A DNA stretch of 64,000 nucleotides from Antechinus flavipes (lineage: Eukaryota), in contig NC_067399.1 of NCBI RefSeq assembly GCF_016432865.1, forward strand, positions 277,078,001-277,142,000, read 5' to 3'. Of the stretch, positions 16,950 to 27,256 are shown one piece after another. Below the pieces are notes generated by a model. It was not told where the DNA came from and made no database searches. It saw only the letters and a program-made list of their open reading frames with translations. The translations under genes and the position numbers were made by a program. Within the stretch, counting starts at the first letter, position 1. Each line of letters opens with the position of its first letter.

Positions 16950-18070
16950 GGCAGTCCATCCGGTCACGTGTCGGTTCCCGGGCCAAGGAACTAGGGAGGG
17001 GCCGCCCTTCCGGGAGCGCCTTGTCTCCACCCCAGCCACGTGATGCAGCCTATTTTCCTTAGGCCCCGCCCACGCCCTGAATCAGAAAGCTCCTCCCTAC
17101 CCTGTGCCCTTCGTCAATGATTCTCCGCCCCCGGGTGAAGGAGTCCGCGGGGTGCCCGTGGCTCCACGTGATCCTTATTGACCAATAAAAAGCCTCTTTG
17201 GAGGACATGGCGAGGGGGTGGTTTGGGTCGGTGGGGAATTGGGCGAATACGTCACGTGGCGGGGAAGGGGCGGGGTCGGGGACGGGGACGTCGGAGAGGA
17301 AAGAGCGGACGCCACCGAGTCAAGCCGGAGCCGCTGTCGTCGCCATGACCCGTGAGCACCGACGCCCCCTCCCTATGCGAATCCCAGGCGTCTCTTGGAG
17401 CGCGAGGCCTTCCCTGGGAGCCCATGTCTAGGCCATTGCTCCGAAATCGCTCCCGAGTGGCGATCTCCACGCACCGCCACCCCCTCCCCCAGCATGCCAA
17501 GACCCTCCCTCCTGTACTCCCCCCTCCCCCCCACTCTCGTCTAGACCCTCTTCTTGCATCCTCGATGCCCAGAACAAGAGCCCTGGGATCCCAGTCTGAG
17601 GAGCTCAGCCCCCTCCCCCTGCCACGCAGAGATCTCCCCTCCCCCACCTGCTCGCTGCAAGCCCTCAAGTGGATGTCCCCCCCGCACACATGTGCTTAAA
17701 GACCCCCCACTCAGCCCCCAATGTGCCTTGTGCAAGCAGTACTTCCCTTTCTCCCCCCACCTTTGAGTGGGCTTCACCTCCCCCCTTCATCCTCTCCTTC
17801 CTCTTTCCCTTCCCCCCTTCTCAGTTTTCTTTGGTCAGTGTCCGCAGATGTGTCTGCTTTTCCTATCCCCGGGCTTGCTGGAGAGTCTTCTCTGAAGTGT
17901 CTGGGGTCTCATCCTTTCTCTGTTCCTTTTTTGCAGGCGGTAACCAGCGTGAGCTTGCCCGCCAGAAGAACATGAAAAAGCAAAGCGACTCAGGCAAAGG
18001 AAAACGCCGGGATGACGGGCTCTCCGCCGCCGCCCGAAAGCAGAGGTAGCCCTAGGGAGGGGAGGGGATG
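16950..18070 (+). promoter_or_regulatory. SERF2 CpG-island promoter with four CACGTG E-boxes, CCAAT and GC boxes
   Basis: CACGTG at 16965-16970, 17037-17042, 17165-17170 and 17253-17258; GGGGCGGGG boxes; high CpG density through exon 2. Confidence 0.8.
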
Positions 18071-18655
18071 GAGGACCGTAGAAAGATGGAAGTGCCCAAG
18101 AGATTTAGAAGGGCACGGGATTGGGGAAAGGAGGGGCCGGAGGATGCATTGGGGTAATACCTATCCATTTCTTTCAGTGAAGGATTAAGCCAGGCTTGTG
18201 AATTAGCAATTTAGGATCTTTTCGGAAGGGCTAGGGAAGATCTATCAGAATGACTGAAGTCTCGGTTAGTTTTCAAGTAGTGCTGTGTTTCTGGGTCCCA
18301 TATTACCCTTCTGTACTCCTTTCCTACCTCGCTCCTTCCCCTTTGGCTCATGTTGCTATGTGTGGTGAGGCACACTCTTAAGTCTGTGTGGTGAGATTTT
18401 TCACCATGTAAAAAACCAGATAGATGTCCTCTGAGCTCCAGCTCTGTGGCCTCACACGATTGTGAGCATCTCATCTACACATTGAATTTACCCCTGCCCA
18501 CATCCATTTTATCCTCTCTGCCCTTTATCCCCTGCGTCCTGTCCTTTTTTGCCCTTTGGTACCCCCAGTGCCCCATCATCTCTACCTCCAGGGACTCGGA
18601 GATCATGCAACAGAAGCAGAAAAAGGCCAATGAGAAGAAGGAAGAGCCCAAGTAA
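17345..18655 (+). CDS. SERF2: Small EDRK-rich factor 2, 59 aa
   Basis: Exons 17345-17351 (ATGACCC), 17937-18045, 18592-18655, total 180 nt. Protein [59 protein letters not shown]. Confidence 0.98.
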
Positions 18656-18907
18656 CTCTATGGCTCATGCCCATCTCTCTTGCCCGTCGACCGTGTGCCT
18701 GGAGCCAGTCCCGTCACGCTCTCGCCTCCTCCTGTAGCGCTCACAGGTCCCAGAACTGATGGCATTCCCTTCGCCCTGTGTCTGCAGTGGGTTCCCTCTG
18801 TGCATCCTTCCCCCCCAGGCAGCCTTGCTCTCCTCCAGGGCATTCCTGGGGGTGAGGGGGCTACCCTCTCCCAGTGTTTTTTATTCCTGTGGGGCTTACC
18901 CCAGAGT

Positions 18908-18913
18908 ATTAAA
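18908..18913 (+). terminator. ATTAAA poly(A) signal of SERF2
   Basis: Variant hexamer 250 nt after the stop, followed by a GT/T-rich downstream element. Confidence 0.7.
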
Positions 18914-19959
18914 AGTAGCTTTGTAATTCCTCTGATGCCTGTGTGACTAAGGGGTTTGGATGGTGGGATGGATGGGGTGGGAGGGGTGGGATGCCTCGGA
19001 TGCCTCTTCACTTTAGAAGAATATTTGAAGCTTGATAAATGATGGGAAGCAGATTATAAAAGCTACCTTTATTTTCTGTTAACCACATTGAGGAAATCTG
19101 TATGGAGGAATCCTGAGAAACCCTAAAACTTGAAATCATTTCCTATTTTCTTGTATTTTGACTTTTTTCTCCCCTCCTAAATCAGCTCCTTAAAATCAGC
19201 TCAAGGCAAAAGAGAGGTCAGGTTAATTATCTAAGGGTAATTTTCTGGGCGTTGCTTTCGTTTTCCTTTTTTCTCAGGCTGCCAGGTCAGTAGAATATTA
19301 ATTTGCTCCTTCATCTGTTATGTTTGTCCTTCAGTGGCAGTCATTTTTCAAGGATGAGAATATCCCCAAGATCACAACTGAAGGTTAGCAAAACTGCCCC
19401 CCATACTTTAGCCCTAGGACTTTGTTGAGAAACTAACATGCTTTTGAGGGCTATAATTCTTGACTATATCACTAATTCCAAAACCAGTTTTACTTTCCTT
19501 TGTCCAAAGTGGGACAGTATGTCATTCTCTTTCTCTGTTTTTCTTTCAGTCTCTCTATCTCCTTCCTCTCACCATTTCCCTTCCCCCAGTATTATTGACC
19601 AGTTTCCTCTCTTCCAGCTAGAGAGATCTGAGAAGTGTTAAGTGGGGGTGGATAGCAGGTGTTTGGCTGCTGACTCTGGGGAGTCAATTCTTTGCCAAGA
19701 ACTGATGGCCCAGAGAATTAGGGACCTCCCTTCCTGGACCAAATTGTGGCCAGGGCCTGTCCATCATCCCAAAACAAGCATACCCACAGTGTTCACTATT
19801 CTGCTCTTAGCTCCAAAGGATAGAACTAGCTTTAAAAAAAGAAAAGAAAGAAAGAAAAAAGTTCTTTTTCTTTTCTTTCTTTTTTTTTTTTTTTAAATAG
19901 GCTGTATTCTCTTCCTCAGCCCAGCACTGTTAGGGGCAGAACAGCTGACAGGCTCCAGC

Positions 19960-22900
19960 CTAGGTAGAGACGTGGATTCGACGGCAACGTCTGTGTATAA
20001 CACGGGTGGGTTGAGAGTGTCCAGTGACTGACCAGCAAACTGGAGTCAGCAGCAGTCCCAAGTAGAGTAGTGCACAGGTCCAGCATGAAGCGATCTTGAC
20101 CCAGAAAGTAGCCCAGCTGCCTCTTGTGAATGTGGTTTCCAGCTCTGCCCCTTCATAACTGTAGGACCAAGATCTCTATTCAGAAGGAGCAGATTCTTGG
20201 CCCTTAAATAGGGATCCTATCACCCTAGGCTTACTGACAAACCCAAGTCCCATCTTGCTGGCCCTCAAGGATTTCCCATTTCTTAGGGATTTGGGTTCAA
20301 GGGTATTTTGGTACCAAATTCATCCTACCTGAACCAGTTAGTGAGAGTGACCATAACATAGAGTGAAGCAAGGAAGAAGACAAAGTGGAATGCAGAGTAG
20401 CTGTAGGAGAGTCGATGAGGTGTTTGTGGTGCACCTGAACCTGTCTCCTCTCCACTAGGCCCTTTGGAGAGAAGAGAGCCAGAGTTTAGGTTTCTTTGCA
20501 CCAGCTCCTTCCAGAGTTCCCTACTGCACTGTGCTTGTGTATTTTCCTAATTTCACACTCACCTTCCTCTAGTGATAGATTATCTGGGCAGCAGAAGCAA
20601 ATGGAGGGCTTCTGCAAAGAGAAAATTTTTCATAAGTGATGGAGGAGGTGAGCAGTAGTGATGATCCACAAGAGCTGGAATGTATGTTTGGGACCTCACA
20701 GCTGCACAGAAGGATATTGAAATGTTCATTCTCACCTGTAACTCATAGCTGTAAACCTTCACCATCCACAAAGGGCCAAACATTTCTGCCAGATAGGAAG
20801 CCTCGTTACTGTGGAGAGGAAGAGGGCTAACTAGCAGATTCAGTAGTATTGTAGAAGGATTTGTAATAGGTATAATAATTGGGGGTGGGAGATTCTTATC
20901 AGGGATATCTTAAGGTATCCTTGAACCCCAATCTGGTGAGGCACTTTGATCTATGGGTGTTGAGCTAGAGCAAAGGCTAGTTAATGCTTTTTAACTGATT
21001 AATTATGTGCTTTATTTAAGTACTCAGATGTTAACTTGGACACAAAGATGTTGACCTGATTTTTGGCTCACAGCATCTTTTTTCCAGAAGTTGCCCTTCA
21101 TCTTGGGACGTTTCTTACTCTAGACCTCTTGAACTCACTCTGCAGTCATTCTTCGGTTGCCTGTTCCCTCTTGCTGTCTTTTTCCCTTTCACCTTTTGTA
21201 CTTCTTCCCTCTTAACAGCTTTACTCACCAGGCAAAAAGCACACAGGCATACATGATTCCAGCACTCAGAATGGCCAAAGAGGTGTCTGGTGTCTGTGCC
21301 CCTACTTTGCTCACACTAGGCTGGCATATGGTACGATTCTGTCCTCGAAGTAGCACTGTGGGGATGAAGTTGAAAGTAGGGGAATTGGGAGAGGAAGTAG
21401 AGAAGTGTAAAGATTAGACAGAAATGAATGGGAAAATGTCACAAAGAACCCTGGGTTCTCTACTCACCCCTATCTGGGGGTCTGCTGGATAATGCAGAGA
21501 AAGTCAAGTACATGATATAGCAGCTAATGATGGAGGCTTGTAGGGGACCGGAACAAGGTTGTTCTGAGAAGAGACACCAAAGACTACGGTTTTTTTTTTT
21601 TTTTTAAAGAGACAATGATAACTTCCATCCCCAAGGAAACACGTCACTTATCCCAGAGATCTTGAAGTCAGGATAAATTCGGCAAAATAATTCCCCCCCC
21701 CCCCCCATTAGATTAGAAAACAATAAATAGGGGACCAGAACTTGACTAGTTTGTTAGGGAAAACATCCCCTTAGTGGCAGGGAGGAAAGGTTGAGTCCAA
21801 GTTGTACGCACTGAGACGGATGCAGGGAGTGATAGAGAGGAAAGAGAGGACGCCACAGAAGCAAAGGTTCAGGCTGAGTAGAGCCTTGTTGAGCAGGCAG
21901 CCAGCTGGATGGGTATAGTGGTGGAATAGAAGGAATGCTCCTACTCCAGCTATGCTGTAGAAAATCAGCGTGGCCAGCAGCGCTGCCCCAAACCAGCGCC
22001 AGTCTTGGGCAGCCCCTGTCAGCCTGTGTGGGTATGAAAAACACGAATAGCCCAGCTAGGCAGTCCCCATATGGCCAGGGCCATTCCCATCCCCCAATAG
22101 ATTATCATCAGCATGACTTCCTAGTGAAGATTCTGCTAGGATTTTAACTGCCTAAGTGAATTCCCACCTCATTCCACCTCCCAGTTACTGTTGGAGAGTA
22201 CTATTACATCACCCCCACTGCAGTTGCAACATTGCTGTTTATGTGTAGTAGTTTTCTCTACATCCTAAAGACTATCTCCAGGGGTATTCCCCCTCACCAG
22301 TTTTTGTTCCAGGTGTGAGCAAAAGCTGTGATGAGCACCAGTTGCAACAGGATGAAAGCGAAGCCTCCACAGATACCCACATAGTGCCATGCTGCAGGGT
22401 GAGCTCTGATAAGTATTATAGTTTAACTCCAGTTTATCACTGAGTGTACTTCTCCCTCTCCTCCCTTGCCACCACCAGCCAAGGTTAGAACAAGGCTGAA
22501 GGTTACCTGGAAAGATGTGCTCATCTGGGATGTAGAAGGCAGCGCTACAGAGCCCCAGCAAGACCAGCAGCTTTAGGAGCCAGAAGCTGGGTCACAGGAG
22601 AGAGAACACAGACTCAAGGTGGAAGGAATAGGAAGGGATAAAAGTTATCAGGAGAACAGGAACATTAATAGCTGACATTTAATAGAACTATATAGTTAGA
22701 GTTTACAAAACGTTTATCATTTGATCCTTACAGCTTTGTAAGGTAAGTAGCAACCTCATAGGAATAGAGATATGGTTACAAGACACAGAGACGATGAAGA
22801 TAAAAGATCTCCTGGAACTTTGTCCTCCTGCCATCCTTAGGAAGCCTGTGCTTCCCAATCTGACCCATTTTAGCCCTTCCTGGAATTTATTCAACTTGTA

Positions 22901-24170
22901 GATTTGTAAATTTGCCTTTACTCCAGAGTTATATTCCCTCTTTTTTCCTGATAAAACATTGCATTTTCCACATACCCATTGTGTAGCCGAGCCCGGGGGC
23001 TGGTAGAAGAGTTGACATTAATCAGGATCACAGCTTGCAGCAAGTAGAAGGTGGCTGTGCCAGCACATATTCGATACACAGCCCCAGAGCCACTTGGTAC
23101 TGGACAGTCATTCTGCCCAGAGGGAGTGATACACAGCCCAGAAGGGATCAATATCTGGAGAGTAGGGAGGTTGTGGGGTTGAAAAGGAGAGGAAGACAGG
23201 GATAGTTAAATTTTATGGAAAGAAAGGCACTTTATTCTTCACACTATACTAAAATTTGCTTCATCCCTAGTTATTCACTTAGCTACATCCCCTTCTACCC
23301 AGATTCCTTCACGTTGCAGCTTTTTCCTTACTGACCACCCTTCATCTGTTGATCTCACCCACTTTGCCCCAGAAGGTGTCCAGGACGGTTCTGGAGAGCA
23401 GGAGGCAGCTGGTAGCAGAGGCCCCCACATGTATAAGGGTGTAGAGCAGGCGACTGCTGGTAGATTCCTTGAGAGGGGGCAACCCAGAGTAGCAGTAGTT
23501 AGTACTGGGGGCAGGGCCGCAGCAACATGATGCCTGAGAACAAAGGTGATGTAGAACAGTCATCTCTAAATTTTCTTTAAGGACTAGGGTAGAGGTGAGG
23601 AAGAGGATTGTAAATAGCATAAATCTAGATGGGGCGAGGGAGAGCTCAGAAGGAGCTAAAATGAACGTGTGTTAAAGGAAATGTTAGTGGATGAAGCAAC
23701 CTTCAAGGAAATCTTCCATTCTTCCCAGACCTCTAATTTCTGGATTTATTTTCGAGTGGAGCTCTCAGATGCTCTGGGCGCAGTGCCGCTCATGGTCCTC
23801 GATATTCAGGCCTATATCAAACAGACCCTGTCCCAAGAGTATTGTTTACCTAGATCTTAAATTACAACCAATACCTGACTCCTCTCTAAAGTTTCTGATA
23901 AGACTTTTGAGGAGGATATTCAGGAGGTAGGAAGACGGGAATCCACCATTTCACAATCCGGAAAAGAAAATAGTTGAGGGGAAAAACTTGGCCCGATTTG
24001 CAGCTAAAATAGCTCCCATGCCTTATTCTCCGCTAAGGGTACATACACAGGATACGCCCTCTCACCTGATACAAGATAGTTCTTTCCAGAGTACTGTTGA
24101 TCGAACTCCACTGATTTGCCGAGTCCAGAGATGAGTTAGGGCACCTGGGAGGAGCCTTCACTCCTACCAT
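19960..24170 (-). CDS. SERINC4: Serine incorporator 4, 12 coding exons, 505 aa
   Basis: Exons (minus) 24170-24066, 23533-23363, 23154-22976, 22586-22507, 22391-22298, 22023-21812, 21563-21468, 21355-21229, 20808-20736, 20611-20563, 20461-20329, 20158-19960, total 1518 nt. Motifs [89 protein letters not shown]. The exon 2 donor is inferred from frame (see finding). Confidence 0.92.
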
Positions 24171-24599
24171 CCCTGTCCTAGAGTCCAGAGGTCTAATTAA
24201 GGCTTCCATCAAAGAAAAAAAGAAGCAACCTTCTCTGTTCTCAGCGCCCCAGGAACGGTCTTGAACATCAGGACGGGAGCTGGTCCGGAGGAGCAGGTTG
24301 GGAGGGTGAGAGTCAGGACCCCTGAGGGAAGCACGATCCCATATCGCCTTGGACTGTGTACTCGCATATGTGAACCTGTAGGTGCGGTCTTCTTGTGATC
24401 GGCTCCCTTTGTCCCGGCTGGCCCCTGCTCAATCAACAGATTAGGTAGGCAGTTTGCATATCTGGCTTGGGCTGGATTAACTTTGTTAATTGGTTTAGGA
24501 TTTGACTTCATTCCCTGAGGCCCTAAGAGGAAAGGTCTGTATTGGAAAGAGTTGAGAGCTCCTGAGGAGTGGTGTCTGTTTGGGTGGGTGAGATTTAAA

Positions 24600-25400
24600 C
24601 TATAGGTATGGCCTGGTCCTCGCCTTCCGTCCAAGTCCAAGCGCCCGGGCGGGCAAAGAACTGGCACTTCTGGGCCGAGAGGTCCCCTCCTCCTCGTGTG
24701 ACGCGGTCACTGTTGTAGCGCGGGAACGCCCGGCACAGCCCCGCCCCACCCCATCCAGCCCAGCTCGGGAATGACCCCGCCTCCTTCTCAAGGGAGGAGG
24801 CGTGGTCACAGGGTTCTGGGGTAGTGACCACTGGGAGCGCTACAATTCCAGCTTGGTCCAATATGCGCCCGGAAGGGACGGGTCCTGGTCCGGAAGTCGC
24901 TGAACGATGGGTCCGGAAGAGGCGGTGCGCGGGAGGCGGCGCGGCGGGGACGAGATGGCGACCGAGGGTGATGTAGAACTGGAACTCGAGACTGAACCGA
25001 GTGGCCCCGAACGGCCGCCGGAGAAGCCGCGGAAACATGACAGTGGCGCGGCCGATCTAGAAAGAGTGACTGACTACGCAGAAGAGAAGGAGATCCAAAG
25101 CTCCAACTTGGAGACGGTGAGGGAGGCCGGGAGTCGTGGACGTCTGGAGGGTGCGAGGGGCCTCCAGGCTCGGGACAGGGGGGAGGGGAGGGGAAGGCGG
25201 CGGCGGCCTGGAGCCGGGCGTATCCCAGGGGGTCCGGCTCCGAATCTGGCCCTGGAGATTCCGGGACGCGGAGCTGATGCTCTTGCCCGGCGTGTATTCC
25301 TGTCGTAGGCAATGTCGGTGATTGGAGATCGGCGGTCTCGAGAGCAGAAGGCCAAACAAGAGCGGTAAGCGAGTGCCCCGGCTTTGTGTTTAGCACCGAC
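24600..25400. promoter_or_regulatory. Bidirectional CpG-island promoter shared by SERINC4 (-) and HYPK (+)
   Basis: ATGs 785 bp apart head-to-head. CCAAT 24858-24862; ETS/GABP cores CCGGAAG at 24869, 24890 (CCGGAAGT) and 24913; CTACAATTCCAGC at 24840-24852 resembles the ACTACAnTCCCAG ZNF143/THAP11 motif. Confidence 0.75.
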
Positions 25401-26259
25401 CCTCCGATGGAGGCTAGTCTACCAAACACTCACTTTCCCCCATCCTTGGTGCAGAAAAATGACCTGGAGTGACTGGAAGTTGTGGTTATCTTCCATTAAA
25501 CATTTATGGAATACTACCTACATTCACCAACACAAGTGTTGACACTTGTTAAGAGCTAATACTTTTATGATGCTTTGTATTTGGCACTTTAGTTAATCCT
25601 CACAATTATCCTTGGAGTTATGTGCTGTTATCCCCATTTTATATGAGAGGGAACTGAGGCTCAATGGTTACCTAAGGCCTGATTTGAATTCTGGCTTCGC
25701 CCGTTTGATGATCCTTGTTTCATTCCATCCTATAATTGGGTTCCCTTTGATCCTGCCCTTGGCATCCTTACCTCTCTAAAAAGACTCAGCTTTCCTTTAT
25801 CCTCAGAGTTGTCAATGCCCTACTTCCCCCCAACTACTGTTAAGATTCTCAATTTCTTCTTTGTGTCCCTAGTGCCCTGCCCTCAATAAATCCTTCCTGA
25901 ACGAATATGTTCACAAATAACTTTGCAGGGAGAAGGAACTGGCGAAAGTTACAATCAAGAAGGAAGATCTAGAACTAATAGTAAGTATTGACCTGGAGTT
26001 GGCTGGCAGGAGTTCCAAAGCAAAGTATAAAATTGATAATAGTGATTTGAAAGGGTGAGAGGGGCTGTGCAACATAGCACATCTTTTGCCTAGTAGCCTG
26101 ACTTTATAGTTTTTACTACGGACTGGAATGGACCTTTTGTGATAACTCTTCCTTTTTCTGCAGATGACCGAGATGGAAATCTCACGGGCAGCAGCAGAAC
26201 GGAGTTTACGGGAACACATGGGCAATGTAGTAGAAGCTCTTATTACACTTACCAACTAA
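24955..26259 (+). CDS. HYPK: Huntingtin-interacting protein K (NatA-associated chaperone), 121 aa
   Basis: Exons 24955-25116, 25309-25364, 25929-25980, 26164-26259, total 366 nt. MATEGDVELELETE...DLERVTDYAEEKE...AMSVIGDRRSREQKAKQEREKELAKVTIKKEDLELIMTEMEISRAAAERSLREHMGNVVEALITLTN. An upstream in-frame ATG lies at 24907. Confidence 0.97.
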
Positions 26260-26297
26260 CCTTTGAATGGCCACACCTTGATGGACTTATTTATTGG

Positions 26298-26303
26298 AAT
26301 AAA
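26298..26303 (+). terminator. AATAAA poly(A) signal of HYPK
   Basis: Canonical hexamer 39 nt after the stop, with GT-rich sequence downstream. Confidence 0.75.
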
Positions 26304-27256
26304 GATTTCCTTCCCCCACCTAACTTTGTAGTGTTTCATTGATGAGGATCTGCAATGAGTTTCTGGTGGTTGTGTCTTTTTATATAGTTTCTGTAACAAG
26401 TGTCTTCTCTCTGTAGTTTGCCACCAACTCATAGCTATGGAAATTGTAATGCAATTAAAAAATTGAATACATGGGCTACTTTTATAAAAGACTTAAGTAA
26501 AAACTCAATTTAAATATTTACTAGACACTTTAGACTTGAAGTGGATTAAATCTTGAGGTGGTTTAATTAAGGGAAGATAAAGGTACTTATAGTATTCCCA
26601 CTAGAAATTTCAGAGACTGGAGATTGAAAAGTTGAATACAGTGTTCTCTGAAATTAAATGTAGGGAGGCCAGAGTTTGTCTGTACAAAGAAAAGGGGGGG
26701 GGGGGGTGTCGAGCTGTCCTTGTAAAGCACATTTATAAGCTGGGGAATTTAAATTCTTTATGCCATAAGGTTTATGGGGAGACTATATATTAGACTGTTA
26801 AATCACATTTATAGTAGGTGAAATAACATTCAAGTCCAGAGAAACATACTAAGTTAGCAAAGTGTCAAAACCAGAGTTTTGGTGTTTTTTTTTTTTTTAA
26901 TAACTTGAAGTCCCCTATTAGCATTTCTTTCAACTCTAAGGAGATGACAGATAGTATTATTTCTTTGTAATCCATGGTTCCAATTTGAGACTTAGAATGC
27001 AAAGTTTGTATGAGAAGTGATGAAACCAAATCACCAAGCCCAGGCTTAGACTCATAACTGGATGTTGTTTTTCAGCATTAAAAAAATTCCTCTTCCAGTC
27101 CCTTGCTTTAGGGTCCCTTTGGAATCATAAAAAAAGGGTGCTAGGCTTAAAAAGTGCCAGAAAAGAGATTTTGCATGAGCAATTGTGAAAAATAACAAAA
27201 CACAAAAAAATGTTTTTCCCCATGTGTCCACAGTCAGGGAAGTAAGTGACTGAATC

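Noticed and set aside
17165-17260. ERSE/UPRE-like CCAAT plus CACG combinations in the SERF2 promoter
   Set aside because: Orientation and spacing do not match CCAAT-N9-CCACG, ATTGG-N-CCACG or TGACGTGG.
18541-18641. Orthologue of human MIR1282 (antisense to SERF2 exon 3)
   Set aside because: The would-be mature sequence here (UCAUUGGCC...) differs from the recalled human one (UCGUUUGCC...) in the seed, at sites synonymous for SERF2. Conservation is explained by the SERF2 exon and splice signals.
24209-25429. Several long overlapping ORFs (133-207 aa) on both strands around the HYPK start
   Set aside because: Expected by-product of a stop-poor CpG island. They are Pro/Arg/Gly-rich, have no recognisable domain, and only the HYPK frame has homology.
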